Made by a program: the position numbers and the translations under genes. The notes below the pieces were generated by a model, which had not been told where the DNA came from, did no database searches, and saw nothing but the letters and a program-made list of their open reading frames with translations. Positions 30,578-43,440 of a DNA stretch of 64,000 bases are shown here, one piece after another (the first letter of the stretch is position 1; each line of letters starts with the position of its first letter). The stretch covers positions 395,873 to 459,872 of the forward strand of contig CAVQFD010000004.1 in the NCBI GenBank assembly GCA_963711795.1, given 5' to 3'. Source of the stretch: an uncultured Acidobacteriota bacterium. Its GTDB lineage: Bacteria; Acidobacteriota; Vicinamibacteria; Vicinamibacterales; CAVVIG01.

Positions 30578-31141
30578 ATGCAGACTTTTGCGGTGTATGT
30601 CGACAACAAGCCAGGCGTGCTCAACCGGGTGTCGTCGCTCTTCCGGCGCCGCGCCTTCAACATCGAGTCGCTGACCGTCGGCCACACCGAGGCGGCCGGT
30701 CTCTCGCGCATGACGATCGTCGTCAACACCGACGAACGGGGCGCCCGTCTCGTCGAGGCGAACCTCTATAAGCTCATTCCGGTCAGGCGGGTGGACAACA
30801 TCACCAAGCTTCCGCAGATTTCGCGCGACCTGGCGATGATCAAAGTTGCCGCGGTCGGCGATGCGCGAACCCAGGTCATGCAGCTCGTCGACGTCTACCG
30901 GGCTCGCATCGTCGACGTCAGCCCCGAGTCCCTGATCATCGAAGTGACCGGCGCTGAGGATAAGATTGATAGCTTGGTCGAGGTGCTCAGGCCGTACGGG
31001 GTGATAGAGATGGTCCGGACCGGCCGCGTCGCGATGGCCCGGGGCTCGGCGCTCGGTCCCCGTGAAGGCCTGAAGGCCTCCGGGGCCGGAGCCGACGACA
31101 CCGAGGAAGTGGGCGACGACGCGAGCGCGGGGTCCGTGTAG
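30578..31141 (+). CDS. ilvN: Acetolactate synthase small subunit
   Basis: NKPGVLNRVSSLFRRRAFNIESLTVG ACT motif; EMVRTG. Confidence 0.95.
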   Translation: MQTFAVYVDNKPGVLNRVSSLFRRRAFNIESLTVGHTEAAGLSRMTIVVNTDERGARLVEANLYKLIPVRRVDNITKLPQISRDLAMIKVAAVGDARTQVMQLVDVYRARIVDVSPESLIIEVTGAEDKIDSLVEVLRPYGVIEMVRTGRVAMARGSALGPREGLKASGAGADDTEEVGDDASAGSV

Positions 31142-31153
31142 AGCGCTTCGCAC

Positions 31154-31277
31154 TGGGCTCAGCGCTTACGACTTAGGGCTTAAGACTCAAAGGCTTACGA
31201 CTCAAGGCTTACGACGCTTCGTGGCTCATGGCCCGGTTCAGGATCCGCCTGAGCCGTGGGCCCCTGAGCCCTAAGCC
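31154..31277. repeat. Heptamer array with inverted arm (GGCTTA/GACTCA family)
   Basis: ggcttac gactcaa units on the left; complementary ctgagccctaagcc on the right. Confidence 0.65.
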
Positions 31278-31299
31278 AGTCATCTTCAGGAGCTTTTCA

Positions 31300-32335
31300 A
31301 TGGCAACGATGTACTACGACAAGGACGCGGACCTTCAGCTGATCCAGGGCAAGAAGGTTGCGGTGATTGGGTACGGATCGCAGGGGCATGCGCATGCGCT
31401 GAACCTGAAGGACAGCGGGGTCAGTGTGAAGGTGGGGCTGCCCACCGGGAGCCGGTCGCGCGCCAAGGCGCAGGCCGCCGGTCTCGAGGTCGAGGACGTG
31501 GCGGCGGTGTCGAAGTGGGCCGACGTCATCATGGTCCTGGTGCCCGACACGACGGCTGCTACGCTTTACACCGAGGCCATCGGCCCGAACCTGGCGCCAG
31601 GCAACATGCTGATGTTCGCGCACGGGTTCAACATCCGCTTCGGCGCCATCACCGTTCGTCCAGACGTGGATGTGAGCATGGTGGCGCCCAAGTCGCCCGG
31701 CCACCGCGTCCGTGAACTGTACGTGGAAGGCGCCGGCACGCCGGCGCTCATCGCGATCCACCAGGACGCGACCGGGAAGGCCAAGGCCCTCACGCTCTCG
31801 TACGCGAAGGGGATCGGGGTGACCCGCGCCGGGGTGATCGAGACGACGTTTGCCGAAGAAACCGAGACGGATCTCTTCGGTGAGCAGGCGGTGCTCTGCG
31901 GCGGTGTCAGCGCGCTGGTGAAGGCCGGCTTCGAAACGCTGGTCGAAGCGGGCTACCAGCCGGAGATCGCGTACTTCGAGTGCATGCACGAGCTGAAGCT
32001 CATCGTGGACCTGATGTACCAGGGCGGCCTCAACTACATGCGCTACTCGGTGAGCGACACGGCCGAGCACGGCGACTACACGGGCGGGCCCCGCCTGGTC
32101 ACGGCCGAGACCAAGAAGGAAATGCGCCGGATGCTGGACGAGATCCGCAGCGGCCAGTACGCCAAGGGCTGGATCGAGGAGAACAAGACGGGCCGGAAGT
32201 GGTTCGAGGACCGACGCCGCGAGGAACGGGCGCACGTGATCGAGCGGGTCGGCGCCGACCTGCGGGCGCTGATGCCGTTCCTCAAGCCGGTGACGATCAC
32301 CAACGAGGACGCAGTCGGCGCCGGCGCTCGTCAGA

Positions 32336-32343
<8 letters not shown>
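31300..32343 (+). CDS. ilvC: Ketol-acid reductoisomerase
   Basis: [31 protein letters not shown]. Confidence 0.96.
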
Positions 32344-33894
<1,551 letters not shown>

Positions 33895-33895
<1 letters not shown>

Positions 33896-33988
33896 ATTGC
33901 AGGATGGCAGAATTGCAGGATTGCAGGAAGGATCTAACGAGTCCTTGATCCGAGTCTTCGATCTTCCTGCAATCCTGTAATCCTGCAA
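33895..33988. repeat. Inverted pair of octamer arrays (GATTGCAG), probable bidirectional terminator hairpin
   Basis: ttgcaggattgcaggaag ... cttcctgcaatcctgtaatcctgcaa between convergent genes. Confidence 0.7.
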
Positions 33989-35406
33989 CGCGGCGCTATT
34001 TCTCGTGCAATGTCTGTCGCCGCGTCCCAGAAGAACTGCACGAAGCGGTAGAGCTCAGCTTCCAGGATCCGTTCCTGGTCGCTGTGCGAGCCGAAGCCCT
34101 TGGGTCCATCCTCGAGATCGGTCGCGGGGCCCACCCCGTAGCACTGCATGCCCTTCTGGCGGAGGTACGCCATGTCGGTGGCCCCCGTGCTCATTGTCGG
34201 CAGCGTGACCGTGCCGTAATGCCGCTTCACAGCGGCTTCGATCGACGCCAGCGCGGGCGAGTCGAGGCGGGTTTCGGGCGTGCGCGGCCGGGACCGCGCC
34301 GCGTAGCTGACCTCGATGGCCGGGTTGTTGACGAGCCCGCGGACCGTCTCGAGGAACTTGTCGGGGTCCTCGTCAGGCAGCAGGCGCACATCGATCGTCG
34401 CGGTCGCCTCGGACGGAATCACGTTCACGCGGTACCCGGCGGTGAAGATGTTTGGAGAGAGCGACGAGCGGAGCATCGACGCGTGACGCGGTTCGTTCTC
34501 GTAGAACCAGTTGGCGACATCGGCCGTGACCTTCGGGTCGAGGCTGAGCGCGGCGAGATAGCGCTTGGCCTCCTCAGGCGACGAGATGTCGGCAAGGCGC
34601 CTGAAGTACGCGCCCGTGGTTTCGTTGAGCTTCACCGGGGGCTGCCAGAGGCCAACCGTGGTGACCGCGGCCGCCAGGTTGAGGACGGCATTTGTCTTGA
34701 GCGGGACCGATCCGTGCCCGGCGACGCCGGTCGCTTTCAGCTGGATCTGCCTGGGAATCTTTTCGAGCGTCTGCACCGACGCGTACTTCGCCCGGCCATC
34801 GATCCGCGTGACACCGCCGCCTTCCGCGATGCAGTACTCCGCCTCGATCTCGGCGAAGTGCTGATCGACCATGAACTGGATGCCCACGCGCGTCGCGCCT
34901 TCTTCGCCGGCCTCCGCAAGGAAGATGACGTCGCGGTCGAGCGGCACGTTCAGCCGCTTGAGCAGCAGCATCGTCATCAGCGACGCGGTGACGTTGTCCT
35001 TGTCGTCGATTGTGCCGCGCCCGTAGATGTAGCCGCTGTCGCGTGCGGCGCTGAAAGGCGGAAACGTCCACTTGGCCGGATCGACGTTGACCGTGTCGAG
35101 GTGGCCCATCAGCAGAAGCGGCCGCCGCCGGCCGCTGCCTTTGAGGCGGGCGACCACGTTGGTGCGTCCCGTCTCGAGCGTGAAGGTCTGGGTGGGAATG
35201 CCTTCCTTCTTCAAGGCCTGCACGACGTAGTCGGCCGCCAGTTCCTCGCGCCCCGGCGGATCCATCGTCTCGATGCGGACCAGCGACTGGAAGTGGCCGA
35301 GCGTCTCTTGTTCGAGCGCCTTCCAGTCAGGCTGCGCCGGCGCCTGAGCGAGAAGCCCGGCACCCAGGCCCACGCTCACCGCCGCGACGGCGGCGAGCCC
35401 GCGCAC
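33934..35406 (-). CDS. M20/M25/M40 metallopeptidase, secreted (start could be ATG 35478)
   Basis: GHLDTV, GRGTIDDK, GEE, HGS, GATD, HSDQERI. Confidence 0.88.
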   Translation of the reverse strand: MRGLAAVAAVSVGLGAGLLAQAPAQPDWKALEQETLGHFQSLVRIETMDPPGREELAADYVVQALKKEGIPTQTFTLETGRTNVVARLKGSGRRRPLLLMGHLDTVNVDPAKWTFPPFSAARDSGYIYGRGTIDDKDNVTASLMTMLLLKRLNVPLDRDVIFLAEAGEEGATRVGIQFMVDQHFAEIEAEYCIAEGGGVTRIDGRAKYASVQTLEKIPRQIQLKATGVAGHGSVPLKTNAVLNLAAAVTTVGLWQPPVKLNETTGAYFRRLADISSPEEAKRYLAALSLDPKVTADVANWFYENEPRHASMLRSSLSPNIFTAGYRVNVIPSEATATIDVRLLPDEDPDKFLETVRGLVNNPAIEVSYAARSRPRTPETRLDSPALASIEAAVKRHYGTVTLPTMSTGATDMAYLRQKGMQCYGVGPATDLEDGPKGFGSHSDQERILEAELYRFVQFFWDAATDIAREIAPRCRITGLQEDRRLGSRTR

Positions 35407-35468
35407 CTTGAACCCAGAACCCAGAACCGAGCAGCGCACCTTGAACTTTGAACCCGGCACGTTGAACC
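35401..35468. repeat. Heptamer array (GGTTCA family on the minus strand)
   Basis: cttgaac ccagaac ccagaac ... cttgaac tttgaac ... gttgaac. Confidence 0.7.
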
Positions 35469-35495
35469 GCCCCCGCATCCTCCACCGCCCTTCAG

Positions 35496-36608
35496 TTACC
35501 CGAGAATCGTGCCGAGCCAGGTCAGCGCCATCGTCACCCCGGCCAGCTGGATCCAGAGCTCGGAACGCTCGCGAAGGCAGATGAACCCCGCGCCGACGAA
35601 GAACGCCGCGGCGACGAGGAATCGCCAGTACAGCTCCTCGGCTTCCTCGGTCACGCCCAGCGACGGCGCCAGGCGCTTGCCGGTGTCGACGATGGCGTTT
35701 GCGATCTGCCGGTCGCCTTCGCGGTCCAGCTCGAAGTACTGACCGCCTCCGGCGAGCGCGATCTTCTGAAGGGCGCCGCGGTCCAGGCGCGAGAAGAGCG
35801 GGATGTCGGGATCGGGCTCTGAATCTTCGCCCTCCGGGACGACAAACGCCGGCATGCGTCCGCCGCCGAGCGTGCCGACGCCGATCACGAAGACCGGGAT
35901 GCGGCGGTCGATGGCGCGCTTCAGGGCTTCGGCGACCTCGCCGCTCCAGAACTCGCCGTCGGTGATGGCTACGAACAGCTGCGCGTTGGACGAGCGGCCG
36001 TGCAGCTCCTCGTCCTTCTCGACCATGCGGATGCCCCAGTCGATGCCCTTCTCGATGTTCGTGTCCCACGTGGTCTCTTCGGTGAGCCGGAACGGCGGCT
36101 CCTTCTCGAGGTTGTCGAGGAAGAAGAAGAACGTGTTGGGATCGGTGGTGAGACGCACCTGCGGCGCCGCGAGGCGCGCAAAGAGCGTCAGCGAAATCCG
36201 GTCGTTCTTCCAGGCCATCGAATCGGCAAGAAGCCGAAGGAACCTGGTGGAGCGCTGCCAGCGATCCCCGGAGACATCCTTGACGCGCATCGATGCGGAT
36301 CCATCGAGCAGGATGACGAGGTCGATGCCGCCCTGCCGCATGACCGCTGCCGGCCCGTGCGGAGCGGCGAGCGCCACGACGAGGCACGCGATTGCGGCCG
36401 CCAGGCACAGCCAGAACGGCAGGTCTCCCGCCAGGCCGAAGCGCTCGGCAATCGGCATCGTACGGCGCGCGGCGAGCCGGCGGATGTCGGCCCGCCGCTG
36501 AAAGAAGCGCCAGGCCCAGAGGACGACAAGCAGCGCGGGCAACGCGAGGAGCCACAGCCACTCGGGTTGACCGAACGAGATCTGCTCGAAGTCGATGCGG
36601 GGCAGCAT
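35496..36608 (-). CDS. VWA-domain membrane protein (MxaL/BatB-like)
   Basis: N-terminal TM (PEWLWLL), MIDAS DGSASM, TDGE, IGVGT, GGQYF, C-terminal TM. Confidence 0.85.
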   Translation of the reverse strand: MLPRIDFEQISFGQPEWLWLLALPALLVVLWAWRFFQRRADIRRLAARRTMPIAERFGLAGDLPFWLCLAAAIACLVVALAAPHGPAAVMRQGGIDLVILLDGSASMRVKDVSGDRWQRSTRFLRLLADSMAWKNDRISLTLFARLAAPQVRLTTDPNTFFFFLDNLEKEPPFRLTEETTWDTNIEKGIDWGIRMVEKDEELHGRSSNAQLFVAITDGEFWSGEVAEALKRAIDRRIPVFVIGVGTLGGGRMPAFVVPEGEDSEPDPDIPLFSRLDRGALQKIALAGGGQYFELDREGDRQIANAIVDTGKRLAPSLGVTEEAEELYWRFLVAAAFFVGAGFICLRERSELWIQLAGVTMALTWLGTILG

Positions 36609-36610
36609 GG

Positions 36611-37372
36611 CTAGCCGCGGCGCCTTGGCGTCGCGCCCCTCCCCGGGTCGGTCTGCTCGCGCTCGTCGTAGGGCATCGGCGCGATGGTCTTGAAGTCGCT
36701 GCCCGGGATCTCAGGTGGCGGGCCGCCCGGCCGCCCGTGCATCGTCGGGCCCATCGGCAGATCCGCGCTCGGGATCGGCGGGGTCATCGCCTCGGCAGCC
36801 GCGCGCGCCCGCGCGCCCCTCGACATCGGACGGCCGCTGGCGATCGAATCACGGAACCGCGCCGCGTACTCGTAGTTGAACGAGGCATCGGCCATCTCGG
36901 GAGCCGCGCGCAGGACCTCGGCGTAAGTGGAGATGACGCCATCGAGCCGCTCGACGGTCCTGATGCGATCGGCCGCGCTGGCCTGCGCCTGGCGGAACGC
37001 CGCGTTGGCAGCGACCAGCATCAGCCCGGGGTCGCTCGCGGCATCGGCGCCGGCTGCCTCCGCGAGCGCGATGGGATCGGTCAGCGTGCCGTAGTCGCTC
37101 CGCCAGTAGGTGACGGCGGCCTGCTCGCGTCGCTCGACACCTGGTTCGAGGGTGAGCGACGAGAGCGCGCTCACCTCGCTCAAGGGCCAGGGCAGGGCGG
37201 CCGTCGACGCCGGCGCCACGCCGAGGCTGTCGTCGCGATCGGAGCGCAGGGTGACGAGGCGCTCGTAGGCAAGGGCGGCTTGATCGATGGCCCTGGCCTG
37301 ATTCCAGCAGATGATGCCCGCCGCGACGGCGGCCACGGCGACGACAAGACGACCGACCACAGATTTCAGCAT
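36611..37372 (-). CDS. Membrane-anchored helical/TPR-like protein (MxaK-like)
   Basis: N-terminal anchor, DASFNYE motif, Pro-rich tail; position between two VWA genes. Confidence 0.6.
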   Translation of the reverse strand: MLKSVVGRLVVAVAAVAAGIICWNQARAIDQAALAYERLVTLRSDRDDSLGVAPASTAALPWPLSEVSALSSLTLEPGVERREQAAVTYWRSDYGTLTDPIALAEAAGADAASDPGLMLVAANAAFRQAQASAADRIRTVERLDGVISTYAEVLRAAPEMADASFNYEYAARFRDSIASGRPMSRGARARAAAEAMTPPIPSADLPMGPTMHGRPGGPPPEIPGSDFKTIAPMPYDEREQTDPGRGATPRRRG

Positions 37373-37382
37373 CGCTTCACCG

Positions 37383-38485
37383 TCAAGGGAACCGCTGGGC
37401 CGCGGGTGCGGCCAGCTTGAGCAACGCGGCAGCCGTCCACAGGGCGGCCGCGGCCAGCGCGAATACCGCGTAACGCGGCTGCTGGCTGGTGTACTGCTTC
37501 ACCTGGATGACGCCGGCCGACACCCGATCGATGTCGGCGATGGCCGCCAGCAGGCTCTTCTCGTCGCTCGCCGCGTAGAACTTGCCGCCGGTCTTCTGCA
37601 CGGCCGGAATCCACATCGCATCGGGAATGAGCTGGCCTTCCTCGTGCGCGTAGTTGGTTCGCACCAGGTACACGGGAACCTTGGCGTCGATGGCGCCCTG
37701 CAGGATGGTGTCGAGGCTCTTGTTCTGCACCATGGCGTTGGTGTCTTCGCCGTCGGTGAAGATCACCATGATGTTGCCGGCCGCATCGAGGAAGTCGAAC
37801 GCCCGGAAGAGCTCCACGCTTTCATCGATGCCGGCGCGATGATCGTGCCCTGATCGGGGAACAGCGAGAACTCGACCGGGTCGCCGATGAGCGAGATGCT
37901 GAGCAGGATGTTGTCGTAGTCGTTCGTGAACGGCGTCACGACGTACGCCTGGTTGCCGAACTCGACGAGCGCGATGAGGTCGCGGTACCGGCTCGCGCTG
38001 CGCAGCTGCACGAACCGCTCGGCGGCCGCGACCGTCGTGAAGAACGTCGCCTCGGTCAGGTTGCGCTTGTTGAGCGTGGCGGCCGTGAACGGCGTGCGCA
38101 TGCTGATCGATGCGTCGATCATCAGGCCGATCCGCCGGCCCGGGAACGTGGCCTCGCGGCTGACGAGCGCGGTGAAGGGATCGGCGAGCGACAGAAAGAA
38201 GAAGGGAAGGCCGGCCAGGAACAGCAGCAGCGGCGCGTGGACCACGACCGACAGCCGCGCCCGCGGCACGGTTTTCAGCAGGGCCGGCAGCACCACCGTG
38301 TGCCGGCCGGCACGCCGCGAGATCGCGGACCGGGCCATGAGGAGCAGGACGGTCAAGGCGAGGAGTCCGACCATGCCCAGCCGCGCTTCGCTCCTGTGCC
38401 AGAACTGCAGGTCGGAGAACCGCAGATCCGCCCACGTCGAGGCGAGCTCGCCCATGAGGGCGCCGAGCCTCGCGATCACACTCAT
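37383..38485 (-). CDS. VWA-domain membrane protein (MxaC/BatA-like; frameshift near 37830)
   Basis: DASISM MIDAS, DLIALVEFG, TPFTND; second frame has FTDGED, TGGKFY and a C-terminal TM. Confidence 0.8.
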
Positions 38486-39751
38486 GCGGGCTGTTCCGAT
38501 TCCGGCGCACGCGAGAACCAGTTGCGCGCCAGACGCAGCGGCGAGTTGAGCTCGGACCTCGCGGATCGTGCCAGGGCCAGCGCGGACCCGATCGCCTGAT
38601 CCAGTGCCGACCGATCGAGGGAGGCCGACGGGCTGTACAGCACGGCGGAGAACGTGCCCATCGCACCGCGCATCTCCTCGAGCTGTTGCCGCCGCGCGGC
38701 CGGCGTCGAGTCAGGCATCTGGGCGAGCCGCTTCGCGAGGTCGTCCGTCGTGGTCGATGCCGACAGCGTCGTCGCCCGACGGCCCGGCACGCGGCCCAGC
38801 GCGACAAGCCGGCCCTCGCCTGCCTCCGGCGCGACCGCTCCAGCGGCGGCCGTCGCCTGGTGGACGATGTCGCCGAGCGCGCTGGCGGCCGCCACACGCG
38901 AAGCTGCGAGCGCGCGTTCGACCAGCGGCTCCGACCAGCCGGCGGCGCCCGCCTGCCGCTCCACATCTGCGAGCTCGGAAACGGCTGCCGACGCGATCGC
39001 GCCACCGCTCATCAACCTGGCGCCGGCTTTGGTCGTCCGCCTCGAGCCACGAGCGAGAGCGATGAGGGCAAGAAGCGTCATGAGGGCGCCGACCGCCATG
39101 AAGGCCCAGCCCAGGATGCTCAAGAGCCCGGCGCGGAACGACAGTGATTCCAGGCGGCTGAAGTCGAGCGACGCCGAGTCACGAATGTCCGGCGCCTCTT
39201 CGGGCACGGTGGACACCACGCGGACCGCATGCGGCGGCAGCACGTAGGTCAGCTCGCGCCCCTGCTGTGCGGTGTTGCCGGCGAGCCGGCTGTTCACGCG
39301 GTACGAGATGTCGAACGCCGGCAGGACGATGTCCTGGCCGATCGCATCCGGACCGATGATACGAAGCGTGTAGTGGTACTGCAGATACCGCCGCGAGCCG
39401 TTTCGCAGGTCCGCGGGGTGGGTGCCGCCCGTCACCTCGAAGGGCGCCAGCTGCACCACCGATGAAGGAAGCCGCGATTCGTCGGGGACGACCTGCACCG
39501 CCTCGTCGTCGAGGACCGCGCACGTGAGCGTCAACGTGAAGGGCTCGCCGATCCGGACCGAGCCGGCGCTCGTGCGCCACCAGCAGCGGATCGGGATCGG
39601 TCTCGACCATCCCGTCGCTTCTGCGGGCGGCGCCCGGATCGGGCACGGCCACGGCGGCCCCGGGACGCGTCGCCGGCGGGAGGCTCGACCTGGCCGTTTG
39701 CGCCCACAGCGAGGTGGAGGAGAGCAGAAGGAGGATCACGACTCTCAACAT
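38482..39751 (-). CDS. Secreted/membrane-anchored protein (MxaA/BatD-like; frameshift near 39595)
   Basis: Signal peptide, beta-rich domain, central TM, helical C-terminus; overlaps the next start codon. Confidence 0.6.
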
Positions 39752-39770
39752 GGTTGGCTACTCCGAACCG

Positions 39771-40693
39771 TCAATTCTTTGTCTTCCTGAGCCGGCGCTC
39801 GGCCACGAACTCGGAAAGAGCAATATCTGCCTGGCGCTGATCCAGGCTCACGCGGACGACGTCGAGGCCGGCATCCCTCGCCGCCCTGGCCACCTCGGCC
39901 TGCCAGTCGCGGACCCTGGCGGCCAGCCCCGCGGCCGTTGAGCGCGAGATCGTGCGCGTCCGGCCGGTCTCGACGTCCACGGTGTCGATCCATCCCGCCG
40001 AGAGGGAAGGCAGCTCGAAGGCGAACGCGCTGTCGATCAAGCACCAGGAACACGTCGTGCGCCGCGTTCAGCAGCATCAGCTCGCGCATGATGCGGGGCG
40101 CATCGTCGAACAGGAAGTCGGAAACGACGGGCAGCATGCGTCGTGCCCCGGAAGTAGCCGCCAATCGTCGTGCTGAGATCGTGGGTCCGGTTCACCGGCT
40201 GCAGGCCGCGATTGGCCTGATACGCCTCCAGGCAGTGGACCACGTGGCTCTTGCCGGTGCGCGGCCGGATCGTCCCGAGGTGGGAAAACCCTCCGTCGAA
40301 GGTCACGAGGCCGAACGGGTCCTGGAAGAACACCGCCGACATGCCGATCGTGGCGACGGCGCGCGCGACCGCCGCGCCGATCGGCACGCCGTCGACGCCG
40401 CAGCGCGTCGAGGCCGAGATGTCCGCGATGGCCGCGACGGTGGCCGTGCTCGGCTGTTCGAACTCGCGGACGACCAGCGGCGAGAAGTTGGTGAGCGAGG
40501 ACTGCGCCCAGTCGATGGACGACAACTTGTCGCCCGCCTGCCAGTCGCGCAGTCCGATGAAGTCGAAGCCTGAACCATGCGAGCGGCTGCGGTGGTCGCC
40601 GAGCGTGACGTCGCTCAGCCGCTTCAGGATGATGAGCTCGATCTCGGTGATGTCAGCCAGGCTGACCCAGGCCGCCTCGGTCCCCGCGCTCAC
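39771..40693 (-). CDS. DUF58 family protein (MxaS-like; frameshifts near 40140 and 40037)
   Basis: GDHRS..HGSGFDF..LRDWQAGD..IDW, VREFE, DISAS, VSDFL. Confidence 0.82.
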
Positions 40694-41732
40694 GGCATCG
40701 GCACCCGCCGACCACGTCCTTGATGACGGCTTCCGTGGTGAGCCCGTGGCTTGCGGCGTGCGGGCCGAGCCAGATGCGGTGGCTCGAGCATGTACGGCGC
40801 GAGATCCTGGATGTCCTCGGGGTAGACCTCGGTGCGCCTGCGCTGGAGGAGCGCCCACACCTTGGCGAGGCGGCCCCAGCAGATGATGGCGCGTGGCGAC
40901 GCGCCGAGATCGACGCCGCGCTCGACGAGCTCGGAGGGCGAGCGCGTGAGCCAGTCGGTGTCGGCGTTGTAGGGCCGGGTTGCCGCGACCAGGCGCTGGA
41001 TGTACTTGCCAAGGCGTTCGTGCAGGAACACCTGCTCGTTGATCGCCGCGCGCAGCTGGATGATTCGCTCCTTCGACATCAGCGGGTTCAGGCGGACGCG
41101 CTTGAAGTCGAAGTTGACGAGCTTCTCTTCCTCGGCCGGAGGCAGGTAGCCGATGTTGATCATGATCGCGAAGCGATCGGTCGCCGCTTCCGAGAGCGGG
41201 AACGTGCCCTGCCCGAGCTCCACCGGGTTCATCGTGGCGATCGCGAAGCTGAAGGCCGGCAGCTCGTAGGTCGTCTTGCCGACCGTGACCGTGCGGTCCT
41301 GCAGCGCCTTCGAGGAACGCGCTCTGCGACTTCAGCGGGATGCGGTTGATCTCGTCGAGCAGGATCACTTCGGCAGACGCCAGCGGGCCGAACTCGGTGA
41401 CGAGCGCGCCGGTGGCCGGGTTGATCATCTGAAAGCCGACGACTTCGGTCGGCTGCAGGTCGGCGCGACCCTGCAGGCGCGCGAACTTGGCGTCGCTGAT
41501 GGCCGCGAGGATGACGCCGAAGAACGTCTTGCCGACGCCGGGCACGCCTCGCAAGCAGCAGGTTGCCGGCGTTGACCTGCCGCTGCTCGCTCTTGTCGTA
41601 GGTCGTCGGGATTTCCGAGAGCAGCACGACGTTGGCCAGCGCCTTCGCGGTGTCGTAGCCGACGAGGGCCTTGCTGCCTTCGGCGATGATGGCGTGGTGG
41701 AATTCGATGGCTTCGGCGAGGTCTCGATGCAC
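40690..41732 (-). CDS. moxR: MoxR AAA+ ATPase (several frameshifts)
   Basis: GVPGVGKT, LLDEINR, ATMNPVE..GTFPL.EA..DRF, GASPRA distributed over successive frames. Confidence 0.85.
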
Positions 41733-41790
41733 GGTGCGGTAAATCCTACTTCAAACGTCCGGCCTGGCGGTGATATGGTGCTGCCCGCGC

Positions 41791-43440
41791 ATGCGCGGCC
41801 TGATGATGGACTACCCGTTCTCGATTCCGGCCATCCTCCGCCGGGCGGAGGCGCTTTTTGCCCACAAGCAGGTGGTGACGCGGCGGCCGGACCGGAGCGT
41901 CGTGCACCATTCGTACCGGCCAGATTGTGGACCGCGTGACAGCGCCTGGCCGTGGCCCTGGAAGAGCTCGGCGTCCGCCCGGGCGACCGGGTGGCCACGC
42001 TCGCCTGGGCGAGCCATCAGCACCTCGAGGCGTACCTCGCGATCCCCTCGATCGGCGCCGTGCTGCACACCCTCAACCTGCGCCTTCACCACGACGACCT
42101 GACCTACATCGTCAACGACGCGCAGGACTCGCGTCCTGATCGTCGACGAGAGCCTGCTGCCGCTGTTCGAGAAATTTCGGCGCGCAGGTCGAACCTCCGG
42201 CACGTCCTGGTGACGTCCGCGTCCGGGGCGGCCACGCCATGGCTCGACTACGAGCAGGTTCTGCTCGGCAGCTGATCCGGCGAGGTTTCGGGAGGCCGCC
42301 GTCGACGAGCACGACGCCGCGGCGATGTGCTACACGTCCGGCACGACGGGCCGGCCAAAGGGCGTCCTGTACTCGCATCGCGCCATCGTGCTGCACTCGT
42401 TCGCACTCGGCCTGCGGGACGCCCTGTCGATCGGCGAGGACGACACGGTGCTGCCGATCGTGCCGATGTTCCACGTGAACGCGTGGGGCCTGCCGTTTGC
42501 CGCACCGCTCTTCGGCGCCAGCCAGGTCTTCCCGGGACCGTATCTGGACGCGCCGAGCGTCGCTCGACCTGCTGGTCCGGGAACGTGTGACCTTGACCGC
42601 CGGCGTGCCGACGGTCTGGCTCGGCAGTGCTGCAGGAACTCGACAAGAATCCCGGCGAGCTACGACCTCAGCGCCCTCCGGGCGATCGTGGTCGGCGGCA
42701 GCGCGGCGCCGCTCTCGATGATCCGCGGGTTCGAGGAGCGCCACGGCCTCAGCATCCTGCACGCCTGGGGGATGACCGAGATGACGCCGCTCGGCACCAT
42801 CTGCAACGTCCCGACGACGGTCCGGTGCACGCCTCCGGAGGAGCGGCTCAGGTATCGGGCGACGCAGGGGACGCCGCTGCCGTTTGTCGAGATCCGCGCC
42901 CGCACCGACGAAGGGATCGCCCCCTGGGACGGCGAGACGATGGGCGAGCTCGAAGTGCGAGGTCCCTGGGTCGCCGCGCAGTACTACAACTCGACGGGCT
43001 CCGATCCGCGGTTCACCGAAGACGGCTGGTTCAAGACCGGCGAATCGTGACCATCGCCCCGCGGGGCTGCATCGAGCTGACCGACCGCGCCAAGGACCTG
43101 GTCAAGTCCGGCGGCGAGTGGATCAGCTCGGTGGCGCTCGAGACCGCGCTGATGGGCCACCCGGCCGTTGCCGAAGCCGCCGTGGTCGCCGTGCCGCATC
43201 CGAAGTGGGACGAGCGGCCGCTGGCTGTCGTGGTCCTGAAGCCGGGCCAGACCGCCACCGCCGGAGGAACTCCGCGCGTTTCTGGAGCCGGACTTCGCGA
43301 AGTGGTGGCTGCCCGACGCGTTCGAGTTCGCCGCCGAGATTCCCAAGACGTCGGTGGGGAAGTTCAAGAAGTCAGTCCTGCGCGAGCGTTTCAAAGGACC
43401 GGTACGCAATCCCGAATCCGCTGAGTCCCTTAATCCCTGA
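41791..43440 (+). CDS. Acyl-CoA ligase (long-chain fatty acid/DmdB-like; many frameshifts, end approximate)
   Basis: [50 protein letters not shown]. Confidence 0.82.

Noticed and set aside
33934..36561. 875-aa ORF and other long overlapping or antisense ORFs (e.g. 8967..10817, 21579..23537, 43917..45716)
   Set aside because: Arg/Ala/Pro-rich shadow frames typical of high-GC DNA; only the M20 peptidase part of the 875-aa ORF has real motifs
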